Part shown: piece by piece, positions 31,048 through 41,587 of the stretch
How positions within the stretch are numbered: the stretch's first letter is position 1
Layout of the letters: the number at the start of each line of letters is the position of its first letter
Assembly: GCA_051878795.1 (NCBI GenBank)
Contig: JBJEKU010000010.1
Coordinates: 13,231 to 77,230 of the forward strand
Origin: Eggerthellaceae bacterium
GTDB taxonomy: Bacteria; Actinomycetota; Coriobacteriia; Coriobacteriales; Eggerthellaceae
Length of the DNA stretch: 64,000 bases
Reading direction: 5' to 3'
Notes under the pieces: generated by a model
Databases searched by the model: none
The model's input: the letters and a program-made list of their open reading frames with translations, nothing else
Told to the model about the DNA's origin: nothing
Program-made: the position numbers and the translations under genes

Positions 31048-31074
31048 TGTGCTGTTTGCGGTATGGGAATATTG

Positions 31075-32439
31075 CTAGTTCTTCAGCGAGTTCAGCGGTG
31101 CGGGGAAGCGGCCGCCGCGATGGGCGAACACGTCGCCCGCATGGGTGTTCACGGGCATGATGGGGGCGTAACCCAGAAGGCCGCCGAAGTTCAGGGTCTC
31201 GCCCGCCTGCTTGCCGATTGCGGGGATGACGCGCACGGCGGTGGTCTTGTTGTTGATCACGCCGATGGCGGCTTCGTCGGCGATGATGCCGAAGATGGTT
31301 TCGGGGGTGGTGTCGCCGGGGATGACGATCATGTCCAGGCCGACGCTGCAGACGCAGGTCATGGCTTCCAGCTTCTCCAGGGTCAGCACGCCTGCCTCGG
31401 CAGCGCGGATCATGCCAGCGTCCTCCGAAACGGGGATGAATGCGCCGGAAAGACCGCCGACGCTGCTCGATGCCATGACGCCGCCCTTCTTGACTGCGTC
31501 ATTGAGCATGGCGAGCGCCGCGGTGGTGCCGGGGCCGCCGCACTGGCCCACGCCGATTGCCTCCAGGATCTCGGCTACGCTGTCGCCCTCTGCGGGGGTG
31601 GGGGCCAAGGAAAGGTCCAGGATACCCTGCATCACGCCCAGGCGCTTGCTTGCCTCGCGCGCCATCAGCTCGCCGGCGCGGGTGATTTTGAAGGCGGTGG
31701 ACTTGATCGCTTCGGCGATGGAGGTGAGGTCCGCATCCTTGGGCATGTTGGCCAGAACATTGCGTACTACACCGGGGCCGGAAACGCCGACGTTGATCAC
31801 AGCGTCTGCTTCGCCGCTACCATGGAATGCGCCTGCCATGAAGGGGTTGTCTTCGACGGCGTTGGCGAAGACGACCAGCTTGGCTGCGCCGATGCACTCG
31901 CGGTCGGCGGTTGCCTTCGCGGTCTCGATCACGGTGTTGGCCATCTGCCAAACCGCGTCCATGTTGATGCCTGCGCGGGTTGAGCCCACGTTCACCGAAC
32001 TGCACACGCGGTCGGTTACCGCCAGGGCGTGGGGGATGGACTGCATCAGCTTGCGGTCTGCGTCCGTTGCGCCCTTCTGCACCAGAGCGGAGAAGCCGCC
32101 TACGAAGTCGACACCCACTTCCTTGCCCGCACGATCCATCGCCTCTGCAATGGGGGTGAGGTCGGTCGCGTCGGTTGCGCAGCAGATCTCTGCGATGGGG
32201 GTGACCGAAATGCGCTTGTTCACGATGGGGATGCCGAATTCGCGTTCCATCTGCTCGGCAGTGGGAACCAGCTTTTCGGCGGCGGTAGTCATGCGGTCGT
32301 AGACCTTGTTCGCCATGGTCTTGATGTCGCTGTGGGTGCAGCTGCGCAGGTTCAAGCCCAGGGTGATGGTACGGATGTCCAGGTTCTGCTTGCTCACCAT
32401 CGCAAGCGTTTCGGCGACTTCGGCCGGCGTGATCTGCAT
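31075..32439 (-). CDS. UPF0210 (DUF711) family protein
   Basis: The N-terminus [31 protein letters not shown] and the 454-aa length are typical of the family. RBS GAAAGGGA. Confidence 0.9.
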   Translation of the reverse strand: MQITPAEVAETLAMVSKQNLDIRTITLGLNLRSCTHSDIKTMANKVYDRMTTAAEKLVPTAEQMEREFGIPIVNKRISVTPIAEICCATDATDLTPIAEAMDRAGKEVGVDFVGGFSALVQKGATDADRKLMQSIPHALAVTDRVCSSVNVGSTRAGINMDAVWQMANTVIETAKATADRECIGAAKLVVFANAVEDNPFMAGAFHGSGEADAVINVGVSGPGVVRNVLANMPKDADLTSIAEAIKSTAFKITRAGELMAREASKRLGVMQGILDLSLAPTPAEGDSVAEILEAIGVGQCGGPGTTAALAMLNDAVKKGGVMASSSVGGLSGAFIPVSEDAGMIRAAEAGVLTLEKLEAMTCVCSVGLDMIVIPGDTTPETIFGIIADEAAIGVINNKTTAVRVIPAIGKQAGETLNFGGLLGYAPIMPVNTHAGDVFAHRGGRFPAPLNSLKN

Positions 32440-32945
32440 GGCATATCCCTTTCAAGAGAACGGGAGGGCGTACCCTCCGCAGTTGCGTTTGTAAAGACTG
32501 ACGTTTCATTATAGCCGCCATTTGCGCGAACGCGGTGTTCGCTTGCGTGCCTTGGGGAACAAGGGGCCCGCATCCGCAGCGTGCGGACCCTACGGTTCTT
32601 TCCCGCTCTTTTCCAGGATCCCCTTCCTTCCTACGGAGATGGTTTGTTCGAAATGCCCTCCAAGGCAGGTTTTCCCCAAGAAACGGGCTCATTCGCTCAT
32701 TTTCCGACAGGAAAAAGCTCTTGTATGGCGCCCGATATGCCCATGATTCGAGGTTCCGATTGCCGAATTAATCGTACAAAGCCCCGAAACTGTTGGGTTT
32801 CACGGTAGTTTTTTCTTCAAAACGCTTTCAAAGGCGGAGGTCTTTTGTGAATGAAACCTTAAAAATCCCTGAAATAGCCTAAAATGTAAGGGTTGCTTTT
32901 TCGTCTTCCGTGCGAGGAAGGCCTAAAAACGAGAGAAAGATTGAT

Positions 32946-35900
32946 ATGGAGCAAAGCCTGCATATTGGCATCGACGTGGGATCGACCACCGTCAAGCTCG
33001 CGATCCTCGACGATGCCTGCGAAATCAAGTACTCCATCTACCAGCGCCACCATGCGGACGTCCGTGCGACTATCGTGGAAGTCCTGAAGAAGTGCGCCGC
33101 CGAATTCGGCGAAGAGCGCATGACCGTGGCGATTACCGGATCGGGCGGCCTGCTTCTGGCCCAGTGGCTTGATATCGCGTTCATCCAGGAAGTCATCGCC
33201 AGCAAGACCGCTGTCGAGACCTTCATTCCCCAGACCGACGTCGCCATCGAATTGGGCGGCGAGGATGCGAAGATCATCTACTTCGACAACAGCATCGAAC
33301 AGCGCATGAACGGAACCTGCGCGGGCGGTACCGGCGCCTTCATCGACCAGATGGCGGCCCTGCTGGATACCGACGCTGCCGGCTTGAACGACTTGGCAGC
33401 GAAGCACACCATCCTGTATCCCATTGCAAGCCGTTGCGGCGTCTTCGCGAAAACCGATGTCCAGCCGCTTCTGAACGAGGGCGCGAAAAGGGAAGATGTC
33501 GCCGCTTCCATCTTCCAGGCGGTCGTGACCCAGACCATTTCCGGCCTGGCATGCGGCAGGCCCATCCGTGGCCATGTCGCCTTCTTGGGCGGCCCCTTGC
33601 AATACCTGCCCGAACTGCGCAGACGCTTCTACGAGACGCTCAACCTCGATGACGATCACATCATCGTCCCCGAGAACGCCCACCTGTTCGTTGCCGCTGG
33701 CTGCGCGGTCGCGGGCGCAAAGGAGGCCAAGGTCGAGCGGCTGAACGATATCGTCGACCGTTTGGAAGGCATCGGGAATATCCAGGGCAGCGAAGTCGTG
33801 CGCCTTCCCCCTCTGTTCGCCGATCAGGCCGAATACGACGAATTCAAGCAGCGCCATGCGGCAGAATGCGTGAAGCGCACTCCTCTGGAAACCTATGAGG
33901 GCAAGGCGTTTCTGGGTATCGATGCCGGTTCCACTACCTTCAAGACCGCGCTTGTTGCCGAAGACGGCAGCCTGCTGTGGTCCTTCTATACCAATAACAA
34001 GGGCGATGTATTGGGAACCGCGAAGGCCGGTATCGCCAAGCTCTACGATGAGCTTCCCAAGAACGCCGATGGCACTCCCAAGGTGCAGCTGGGCCATGCG
34101 ACCGTGACCGGTTACGGAGAAGGCCTGCTGTTGGAGGCCTTGCGCGTCGACTCGGGCGAAATCGAGACCGTCGCGCATCTGCGCGGCGCCCAGGAAATGC
34201 TCCCCGGTGTGGAGTTCATCCTGGACATCGGCGGCCAGGACATGAAATGCCTGCGTGTGAAGGACGGCGTGATCGACAGCATCATGCTCAACGAGGCATG
34301 CTCTTCGGGTTGCGGTTCCTTTATCGAGAGCTTCGCTTCCGGCCTGAATCTGGAAATCGGCGAGTTCGCCGAAACTGCCAATTCTGCAGAAAACCCTGTT
34401 GACCTGGGAAGCCGTTGCACGGTGTTCATGAACAGCCGTGTGAAGCAGGCGCAGAAGGAAGGCGCCACCGTGGGCGATATCGCTGCGGGCCTGGCGATTT
34501 CCGTCATCAAGAACGCCCTGTTCAAGGTCATCAAGATCCGCGACCCGCATGACGTGGGCGAAAAGGTCATCGTGCAGGGCGGCACCTTCTTGAACGATGC
34601 CGTGCTGCGTTCCTTCGAGCAGCTTTCCGAAGTGAATGCCGTGCGTCCCGATATCGCGGGCAACATGGGCGCCTACGGCGCAGCGCTCCTGGCGCGCGAC
34701 CGTTACGAATCCTGCGTGCGCCGCAGCGGCCACGATGCGGTTTCCACCCTGCTCACCCCTGACCAGCTGGATGCGCTGCATCCCACCCATCGCACTACCC
34801 GTTGCAAGGCATGCGAGAACCACTGCCTGCTCACCATCAACGACTTCGGCATCGACGAGGCCACGGGCAAGCACCGCCGCTTCATCACCGGCAACCGCTG
34901 CGAGCGTGGCGCCGGCGTGTCGAAGGGCCAGAGCGAGGTTCCCAATCTGTTCGATTACAAGAGCCATCGCCTCTTCGATTACCAGCCGCTTTCCGCCGAG
35001 CAGGCGACCCGCGGCGTAGTGGGCATCCCACGTGCGCTCAACATGTACGAGAACTATCCCTTCTGGTTCACCTTCTTCACCAGGCTGGGCTTCCGCGTGC
35101 TCATTTCCGATCCCACCACGAAGAAGACCTACGAAGAGGGTATCGAGTCCATCCCGTCCGAAAACGCCTGCTATCCTGCGAAGATCAGCCACGGCCATGT
35201 GATGAACCTGATTGCCAAGCGCCCCGATTTCATCTGGATGCCCTGCGCCAAGTGGGAGCGCCAGGAAGACGAAGGTGCCGGCAACCACTATAACTGCCCC
35301 ATCGTCATGAGCTACTCCGAGTCGCTTCGCCTGAATATCGATGAGCTGCAGGAAGAGAACATCCCCTTCCTGAATCCGTACCTGCCTTACGACAAGAAGG
35401 AGAAGCTGAAGAAGCGCCTGTTCGTGGAGCTGGTGCAGGAGCATCCCGAGATCATGGGCAAGCACGCCGCCGCACCCACCCAGCAGGAAATCAACGCTGC
35501 GGTGGATGCTGCCTGGGAAGAAGACGTCCGCTTCCATGATGACATGCGCGCGAAGGGCGAGGAAACCCTGCGTTGGATGGAGCAGACCCACACCCACGGC
35601 ATCGTGCTTGCGGGCCGTCCCTACCATATCGACCCCGAAATCAACCACGCCATCCCCGAACTGCTCACCAGCTTCGGTTTGGCCGTGCTCACCGAAGACA
35701 GCATCGCGCATTTGGGAACGCTCGAGCGCCCCATCCGCGTGGTCGACCAGTGGATGTACCATACGCGCCTGTATGCAGCCGCCAAGGTTGCCACCCAGCG
35801 CGACGATTTGGACCTGATCCAGCTCAACAGCTTCGGCTGCGGTCTAGACGCCCTGACCACCGACCAGGTGCAGGAGATCCTGGAAGCTGCCGGCAAGGTG

Positions 35901-37532
35901 TATACCGTGCTCAAGATCGACGAGGTTTCCAACCTGGGTGCCGCGCGCATCCGCGTACGCAGCCTGCTTGCCGCGTTGAAGGACAAGGCCGATGAGGCGG
36001 CGGAAGCGGAAAGCCTGGCCAAGGGCTGTCCTGTGGGCGACCTGAAGGTGGAGGCCCTGGTCGAGCGCTTAGAGGAATCCATCGCCAACAGCGACGGCTC
36101 CCGTGAGGCGCGCGCTGCCGTGGAGGTTGCCGACACCATTCAGAAGAGTAAGAGGGAAAACGTCTCCACCGAATTCCCTCGTGTCGAGTTCACCCAGCAG
36201 ATGAAAGACGACGGTTGGACCATCCTGGTGCCCCAGATGGCCCCCATCCACTTCGAGATCCTGCTGGAAGTGTTCAAGGCGAACGGCTACAACATGGAGC
36301 TTCTGCCTTCGGTCGACCGCGGCGCGGTCGATGCCGGCTTGAAGTATGTCAACAATGACATCTGCTATCCGTCCATCCTGGTCACCGGTCAGATTATGGA
36401 AGCGGTCATGAGCGGTCGCTATGATACCGATCGCTTGGCGGTCATCATCACCCAGACCGGCGGCGGCTGCCGTGCGACCAACTACATCTCGCTTATCCGC
36501 AAGGCCCTGAAGGCCGCGGGTATGGGCCATATCCCGGTTATCTCCTTGGCTCTGCAGGGCAACATGGACGAAGTGAACTCCGGCTTCAAGCTGTCCTTCG
36601 ATATGCTGAAGCAGGCCTTCTACTCGCTCATGTACGGTGACCTGCTTATGCAGTGCCTGTACCGTACCCGGCCCTACGAGGTGGAACCCAACAGCGCCTT
36701 CTACCTGTTCCGCTATTGGATGGAGAAGACCAAGGACCAGATCCGCGAGGGCGAAACCCAGAAGCGCTTCGCAAAGACCGTGCGCGAGATCGTGGATGAC
36801 TTCGACCATCTGCCCTTGATGGGCGAGGGGACCAAGCCCCGTGTCGGCGTGGTCGGCGAGATCCTGGTTAAGTTCCACCCCACCGCGAACAACCAGGTGG
36901 TCGAGCAGATCGAGGCGGAAGGCTGCGAAGCCGTCGTGCCCGGTCTGCTGGAGTTCTTCCTGTTCGGCATCGTGGGCCGTATCTATCAGAAGGACCCCTT
37001 GGGCCGCTCCTCCACGGGTGCGCTGGGCGCGAAGGCCATCCTGAAGGTGATCGACATGGTGCGCAAGCCCGTCATCGCCGCCCTGGAGAAGTCCAACCGC
37101 TTCGAGCCGCCCACTGACATCTTCACCTTGGGCGACTACGCTGCGGACATCCTGAGCCTGTGCAATTCCATGGGCGAGGGTTGGCTGCTCACCGCGGAAA
37201 TGGTCGAGCTGATCCATCATGGCGCACCCAATATCGTGTGCGCCCAGCCATTCGCCTGCCTGCCCAACCATGTTGTGGGCAAGGCGGTCATCAAGGAACT
37301 GCGCCGCCGCTACCCCGAAAGCAACATCGTTGCCGTCGACTACGACCCCGGTGCCTCCGAGGTCAACCAGCTCAACCGCATCAAGCTGATGATCGCTGTT
37401 GCGAAGGCGAATATGGAAGACAAGGAAGCTGCTGCGCGCCAGGCGCGTACCGCCAGCTATCAGGCTTCCGATAAGACCCAGAAGAAGGCCTGCGCAATCG
37501 AGATTGCCGAAGAGCTGCTGAAGGAAGATTAA
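32946..37532 (+). CDS. Fusion protein with two BcrAD/BadFG/HgdC-type activase ATPase domains plus 2-hydroxyacyl-CoA-dehydratase-like (DUF2229) domains, 1528 aa
   Basis: Two actin-fold ATPase starts ([15 protein letters not shown] and [15 protein letters not shown]), Cys-rich segments ([15 protein letters not shown]), and a dehydratase-like C-terminal part ([20 protein letters not shown]). ATG 32946 is preceded by GAGAGAAAGA. Confidence 0.9.
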   Translation: MEQSLHIGIDVGSTTVKLAILDDACEIKYSIYQRHHADVRATIVEVLKKCAAEFGEERMTVAITGSGGLLLAQWLDIAFIQEVIASKTAVETFIPQTDVAIELGGEDAKIIYFDNSIEQRMNGTCAGGTGAFIDQMAALLDTDAAGLNDLAAKHTILYPIASRCGVFAKTDVQPLLNEGAKREDVAASIFQAVVTQTISGLACGRPIRGHVAFLGGPLQYLPELRRRFYETLNLDDDHIIVPENAHLFVAAGCAVAGAKEAKVERLNDIVDRLEGIGNIQGSEVVRLPPLFADQAEYDEFKQRHAAECVKRTPLETYEGKAFLGIDAGSTTFKTALVAEDGSLLWSFYTNNKGDVLGTAKAGIAKLYDELPKNADGTPKVQLGHATVTGYGEGLLLEALRVDSGEIETVAHLRGAQEMLPGVEFILDIGGQDMKCLRVKDGVIDSIMLNEACSSGCGSFIESFASGLNLEIGEFAETANSAENPVDLGSRCTVFMNSRVKQAQKEGATVGDIAAGLAISVIKNALFKVIKIRDPHDVGEKVIVQGGTFLNDAVLRSFEQLSEVNAVRPDIAGNMGAYGAALLARDRYESCVRRSGHDAVSTLLTPDQLDALHPTHRTTRCKACENHCLLTINDFGIDEATGKHRRFITGNRCERGAGVSKGQSEVPNLFDYKSHRLFDYQPLSAEQATRGVVGIPRALNMYENYPFWFTFFTRLGFRVLISDPTTKKTYEEGIESIPSENACYPAKISHGHVMNLIAKRPDFIWMPCAKWERQEDEGAGNHYNCPIVMSYSESLRLNIDELQEENIPFLNPYLPYDKKEKLKKRLFVELVQEHPEIMGKHAAAPTQQEINAAVDAAWEEDVRFHDDMRAKGEETLRWMEQTHTHGIVLAGRPYHIDPEINHAIPELLTSFGLAVLTEDSIAHLGTLERPIRVVDQWMYHTRLYAAAKVATQRDDLDLIQLNSFGCGLDALTTDQVQEILEAAGKVYTVLKIDEVSNLGAARIRVRSLLAALKDKADEAAEAESLAKGCPVGDLKVEALVERLEESIANSDGSREARAAVEVADTIQKSKRENVSTEFPRVEFTQQMKDDGWTILVPQMAPIHFEILLEVFKANGYNMELLPSVDRGAVDAGLKYVNNDICYPSILVTGQIMEAVMSGRYDTDRLAVIITQTGGGCRATNYISLIRKALKAAGMGHIPVISLALQGNMDEVNSGFKLSFDMLKQAFYSLMYGDLLMQCLYRTRPYEVEPNSAFYLFRYWMEKTKDQIREGETQKRFAKTVREIVDDFDHLPLMGEGTKPRVGVVGEILVKFHPTANNQVVEQIEAEGCEAVVPGLLEFFLFGIVGRIYQKDPLGRSSTGALGAKAILKVIDMVRKPVIAALEKSNRFEPPTDIFTLGDYAADILSLCNSMGEGWLLTAEMVELIHHGAPNIVCAQPFACLPNHVVGKAVIKELRRRYPESNIVAVDYDPGASEVNQLNRIKLMIAVAKANMEDKEAAARQARTASYQASDKTQKKACAIEIAEELLKED

Positions 37533-37536
37533 CAGG

Positions 37537-38514
37537 ATGGCCGGAATGCAGGGAACGCTCGCCTCGCTCGTCTCTCCGGAATCCGAAGAACGGGCGGGTG
37601 CGTGGGAGCAGGGTGCCTCGCTTGCCAGCCTGGTCGCGCGTACCAGGCAGGGCAAGCTGGTCATTTGCCCTACTCCCATCGGCAACTTGGGCGACATGAC
37701 ACCGCGCGCCAAGGAAGCGCTTGCCGCAGCGGATACGGTCTGCGCGGAAGATACCCGTGTGACCGGCAAGCTGCTTGCCAGCTTCGGGATCAGCTGCCGC
37801 ATGGAGCGCCTCGACGAGAACACCGTCGGGCAGCGCGCTGCAGCGATCGTCGAGCGCGTGCTTTCCGGCGAAGTGATTGCATACTGCACCGACGCGGGCA
37901 TGCCCGGGGTCTCCGATCCCGGGCAGCGCCTCGTCGCTGCGGCGCGTGCTGCGGGCGCCCCTGTGGAAGTGCTTCCCGGGCCCACTGCGACTGCAACCGC
38001 GTACGTTGCGAGCGGTTTTACCTGCCCGCGTTTCTATTTCGGCGGGTTCTTCCCCCGCAAGGAAGGCCAGCGGGCGGAAACCTTGGCTGCGCTGCATTCT
38101 CTCGATGCGGTGCTGCTTTTCTACGAAAGCCCCCATCGGATCGTGGCAGCTTTGCGTGCCGTTGCCGAATCGATGCCCTATCGGCAGGTGGCGGTATGCC
38201 GCGAGCTTACGAAGCTTCATGAGGAAGTGGTTATCGGCACCGCGCAAGAACTTGCCGAAACCTTTGCCGAGCGTGAGGCCGCAGGTGGTGTGAAGGGCGA
38301 GATCGTGCTGGTCATCGATGCTCCCAGCGAGCAGGAGCGTGCCTGCGAAGTCCAGGACGCGCGCGACGGGGCGGCGGACCGTGCCGCACAGTTGGCGGCG
38401 GAGGGCGTGCGCGCCAAGCAGATATCAAAGCAGTTGGCGGCGGAGTTCGGCCTTGCCCGTAATGAGGCTTACGACATGGCGCTTGCCGCTTCGAAACAGG
38501 CCCGCGGGGAATAG
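37537..38514 (+). CDS. rsmI: 16S rRNA (cytidine1402-2'-O)-methyltransferase
   Basis: KLVICPTPIGNLGDMTPRAKEALAAADTVCAEDTR, PGVSDPG, LLFYESPHR, RELTKLHEE. It has an N-terminal extension of about 40 aa. Confidence 0.9.
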   Translation: MAGMQGTLASLVSPESEERAGAWEQGASLASLVARTRQGKLVICPTPIGNLGDMTPRAKEALAAADTVCAEDTRVTGKLLASFGISCRMERLDENTVGQRAAAIVERVLSGEVIAYCTDAGMPGVSDPGQRLVAAARAAGAPVEVLPGPTATATAYVASGFTCPRFYFGGFFPRKEGQRAETLAALHSLDAVLLFYESPHRIVAALRAVAESMPYRQVAVCRELTKLHEEVVIGTAQELAETFAEREAAGGVKGEIVLVIDAPSEQERACEVQDARDGAADRAAQLAAEGVRAKQISKQLAAEFGLARNEAYDMALAASKQARGE

Positions 38515-39075
38515 ATGCCCGCGGTGCATTCCGAAGAGTTGCTGTTCGTGGAAGACCTGGAGGTTTGGGTCTCCTACAAGAATGTGAAGAATCTGAGCGT
38601 GCGCGTGCTCCCTCCGGATGGGCGTATCCAGGTAAGTGCTCCTGCATCCCTTGGCAGGGAGCATATCTCGCAGTTCATAGCCTCGAAGCACGACTGGCTC
38701 GTCAGGAGCCGAGAGCGGGTCATGGATTCTCCCATGAGTCGTGCCGAGCGTGCCAGCAAGCAGGAAGTCGAGCAGTGGCGCGCCTTGGTGAAGGCTTTCG
38801 TCCCGCCTTTGGTTGCCAAGTGGGAGCCGATCATGGGTGTGAAGGCGGGCGAGCTGGCGTATCGCAACATGAAGAGCCGTTGGGGAAGCTGCCAGCCTTC
38901 CACGGGGCGCATTTGCATCAACATCCGTTTGGCTCTGTTCCCGCCCGAATGCCTGGAATACGTGGTGGTCCATGAGCTGTGCCATCTGTTGGAGTTCGGC
39001 CACGGTCCCCGTTTCAAGGCGCTCATGGACGCCTTTCTTCCCAACTGGCGCGAAGCGAAGAAGAAGCTGTCGTAG
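38515..39075 (+). CDS. YgjP-like (DUF45 / M48-type) metal-dependent hydrolase
   Basis: The ATG abuts the rsmI stop codon. KSRWGSC, and the HExxH site VVHELCHLLEFGH. Confidence 0.8.
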   Translation: MPAVHSEELLFVEDLEVWVSYKNVKNLSVRVLPPDGRIQVSAPASLGREHISQFIASKHDWLVRSRERVMDSPMSRAERASKQEVEQWRALVKAFVPPLVAKWEPIMGVKAGELAYRNMKSRWGSCQPSTGRICINIRLALFPPECLEYVVVHELCHLLEFGHGPRFKALMDAFLPNWREAKKKLS

Positions 39076-39164
39076 GGCGAGTGGGTTTTTCTCGCGCGGT
39101 TTCGGGCTTTCGGTGGTTCCTTGTTCTTACGCCGTTTCGCTATCCGATCTTTCGGTTGAGAAAT

Positions 39165-39191
39165 GAAGAAGCCGGGTTGACCGGCTTCTTC
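39165..39191. terminator. Bidirectional terminator hairpin
   Basis: GAAGAAGCCGG-GTTGA-CCGGCTTCTTC between convergent genes. Confidence 0.6.
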
Positions 39192-39243
39192 GCTATCCAG
39201 GCAAGCTGACCCTGTTGTCGTGCGTTAAATCGGCGGTCTATTG

Positions 39244-39609
39244 CTAGTTCACGCCTTTTGGGTTGGGGCCGTAGTCGTTCTCGCCAGGTTGGCTGTCCTT
39301 TGCTGCAAGGATGGCCAGGGGGATCCAGCCGATGACGGGGATGATTGCAAGGAAGACCCACAGGCTCGATTTACCCAGGTCATGCATGCGGCGCATCATA
39401 CAGGTGATCATGGGGCAGACCACGGCGATGTATACGATGCGGCAGATGGTGACTACGATGTCGTTGTAGAACCACCGGGAGACCATGTTCGCAACCAGGA
39501 TCACGGCGACGGCGAAGAGCACATACCACCAGAATTCGCTTCGGCGTGCGCGGCCGACAGGATCGATGAACTTCTTGAAGCAGGTCTTCAGGGATTCGAA
39601 CAGGTTCAT
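39244..39609 (-). CDS. DUF805-family membrane protein
   Basis: MNLFESLKTCFKKF...GRARRSEFWWY, RRMHDLGKS, and C-terminal PGENDYGPNP. AAGGAG RBS before ATG 39609. Confidence 0.8.
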   Translation of the reverse strand: MNLFESLKTCFKKFIDPVGRARRSEFWWYVLFAVAVILVANMVSRWFYNDIVVTICRIVYIAVVCPMITCMMRRMHDLGKSSLWVFLAIIPVIGWIPLAILAAKDSQPGENDYGPNPKGVN

Positions 39610-39743
39610 ATGCGCTCCTTGCAATGCGATTGTGCAACTTCACAATGGTACCGCAAGACAAACGGTGCTTGGGCAACGGAATGGATACGCGCTCGTCGGT
39701 GCGGCTATAATCGTGGCGGGTTCGGGAAAGGAACGGAGGCTGC

Positions 39744-40187
39744 ATGGAAACCATCGTGAAGCGATTCGAAGAGCTGACGGTCGACGAGTTGTACGACATC
39801 CTGAAACTGCGCGTCGATGTGTTCGTCGTGGAGCAGGACTGCCCCTATCCGGAAATCGACGGCAAGGATCGCTTCGGCTTCCACGTCATCATGTGCGACG
39901 AGCAGGGGATTGCCGCATACCTGCGTGCGCTGGAACCCGGTGTTTCTTTTCCCGAAGCAGCCCTGGGACGCGTTATCACGGCTCCCGACCGTCGCCGTTG
40001 CGGCTTGGGAAGCAGGCTTCTTGCAGAAGGCATCCGCGTCGTACGGGAGAACATGGACACCCCCGGCATCAGGATCGAGGCGCAGGTGTATGCGCGGAAG
40101 TTCTATGAGGCGCAGGGTTTCGTACAGACTTCCGAGGAGTTCCTGGAAGACGGCATTCCCCATATCGAAATGTACCTGGAATTCTAG
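39744..40187 (+). CDS. GNAT N-acetyltransferase (ElaA-like)
   Basis: ELTVDELYDILKLRVDVFVVEQDCPYPEIDGKD, RRCGLGSRLL, FYEAQGF. Confidence 0.85.
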   Translation: METIVKRFEELTVDELYDILKLRVDVFVVEQDCPYPEIDGKDRFGFHVIMCDEQGIAAYLRALEPGVSFPEAALGRVITAPDRRRCGLGSRLLAEGIRVVRENMDTPGIRIEAQVYARKFYEAQGFVQTSEEFLEDGIPHIEMYLEF

Positions 40188-41299
40188 ATAAGAGCCATTT
40201 CCTCGACGCAGCGGTTGTACCAGAAGCTTGCATTCGGTGGGCAGTAGATGCTTGCCGCTTCGGGTGTGACCGTCGATCCGTACATGTCCGCAAGGTATGC
40301 CACGTGTCCGCGGATGGCTTCCTCCCAGGATCCGAAGCTGTAGCTTCCCCAGCCCCAGGCGTTGCAGGGTAGGAAGCAGTATGCCCCCTTCGTACTCTCC
40401 ACGCAGGATATGGCGGGGGACCAGCGCGGGTCCACGCCGTTATCCCAAGCGGAAGCTGCGAAGACGGCGCCTTGTCCTGCAAGCGGCGATCCTGCCAGGT
40501 AGGCGTCGATGCGGGCGGTCCACTCCTCGACGAAGGCCTGCTTGTCGGCGGACCAGTCCACATCGCCTTGCGACACGCCCGCGGAAAGCCCTTCGATTCC
40601 GTCGCCTTGCGCTTGGGGGCGCTGCGCGTTACCGGAATCGACACCGCCCGAAGCAAGCCGTCTCGCCTTCCTTTCCGCCTCCGCAAATGCCGCTTTTTGT
40701 TCGGCTTGCTTTCGGGCCTGTTCTAGCGCTTCTTCCTCCGCTTTCCGCCGGGCTGCTTGGGCGTCTTTCAGGGCGGCATCGGCAGCTTCCTGCTCTTTTT
40801 GCGCGCTTTCCAAATCGACTTGCAGCTGTTCTTGGCGCTGGCGCAGTTTCTCTTGCGCGTTGGAAAGCCTCTCTATTGCCGCAAGGTTATGGGAGTTGAT
40901 GGCATCCAGGTAGTCGCATGTGACGATAAGGTCGTTCGCATTCCCGCCGGAAAGCAGGAGCTCCAAGGGGAAGCTGCCATCCCGGTTGAGCTTGTAGAGG
41001 GCGCGGGCGGATTCGCCTGCGGTTTCCCTGAGGGCTGGCAGCTGCTCTTCTATCAGGGCGATCTCGCGCTCGTTTTCTCGTATCCGCTTCTCGGTTTTTT
41101 CCACGCGGGCTTCCGCTTCGTCGTATTCCGCCGCGGTCTGCTCGACCAGCTCCTGCAGCCTGGATGCTTCGTCGGCGTAGGCTGCGGTGTCTGCGAAGGC
41201 GTAGGAGGCAAAAAGTGCCAGGCATGCTGCGGCAAGTGCCGTTACGGTGATTCCGATCGGTTGCAGAAGGGCGTGAGCGGGTTTGCGGTTTCGGGCCAT
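40184..41299 (-). CDS. Secreted coiled-coil protein with a C-terminal putative cell-wall hydrolase-like domain
   Basis: Start at MARNRKP after AAGGAG. Signal/TM segment ITVTALAAACLALFASYAFA and about 200 aa of heptad-rich sequence (EQLQVDLESAQKEQEAADAALK). The C-terminus has SCVESTKGAYCF..NAWGWG. The domain assignment is tentative. Confidence 0.6.
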   Translation of the reverse strand: MARNRKPAHALLQPIGITVTALAAACLALFASYAFADTAAYADEASRLQELVEQTAAEYDEAEARVEKTEKRIRENEREIALIEEQLPALRETAGESARALYKLNRDGSFPLELLLSGGNANDLIVTCDYLDAINSHNLAAIERLSNAQEKLRQRQEQLQVDLESAQKEQEAADAALKDAQAARRKAEEEALEQARKQAEQKAAFAEAERKARRLASGGVDSGNAQRPQAQGDGIEGLSAGVSQGDVDWSADKQAFVEEWTARIDAYLAGSPLAGQGAVFAASAWDNGVDPRWSPAISCVESTKGAYCFLPCNAWGWGSYSFGSWEEAIRGHVAYLADMYGSTVTPEAASIYCPPNASFWYNRCVEEMALI

Positions 41300-41587
41300 G
41301 CTGCTCCTTTCAGGCGGGCGCCGTCGGGCGCTTGAGATTGGCTGTTTCGGAAGGCCGCCCAGTATAGCCAAGCGGCCTTACAGAAACCCAACGGGCATTC
41401 GTGGTTTATCCGGATGGGGTCCAGACGTCGGGCGCGTCTGCGGAATTTCCCTGCGTACTTGATGCGTGTGGATGATGGGGGTTGCAATGGCTGGGCGAGT
41501 GCGTGAAGTCTGGTATCCTAGCGGGGCGGAAGCGCATTGCCTTAGACTTCCGTAGAATCGCCCGCGAAACCCTAGGATGTCCCGCCC

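Larger units (their letters stand above)
25762..31050. other. AT-rich genomic island (four genes) inserted between two terminators
   Basis: The sequence visibly switches from GC3-rich codons to AAA/GAA/TTT/ATT-rich codons and AT-rich intergenic DNA. This was judged by eye and not computed. Confidence 0.6.

Noticed and set aside
25688-31074. Mobile-element hallmarks for the AT-rich island: integrase, transposase, att direct repeats, flanking tRNA.
   Set aside because: None was found. The only shared flank word I saw is TTTTGTT (7 nt), which is not significant, so I did not call it a mobile element.
32859-37985. Long minus-strand ORFs (32859..35762 at 967 aa; 36069..37985 at 638 aa) opposite the activase fusion gene and rsmI.
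   Set aside because: They mirror well-supported plus-strand genes. Their composition is shadow-ORF-like and no recognisable domains are present.
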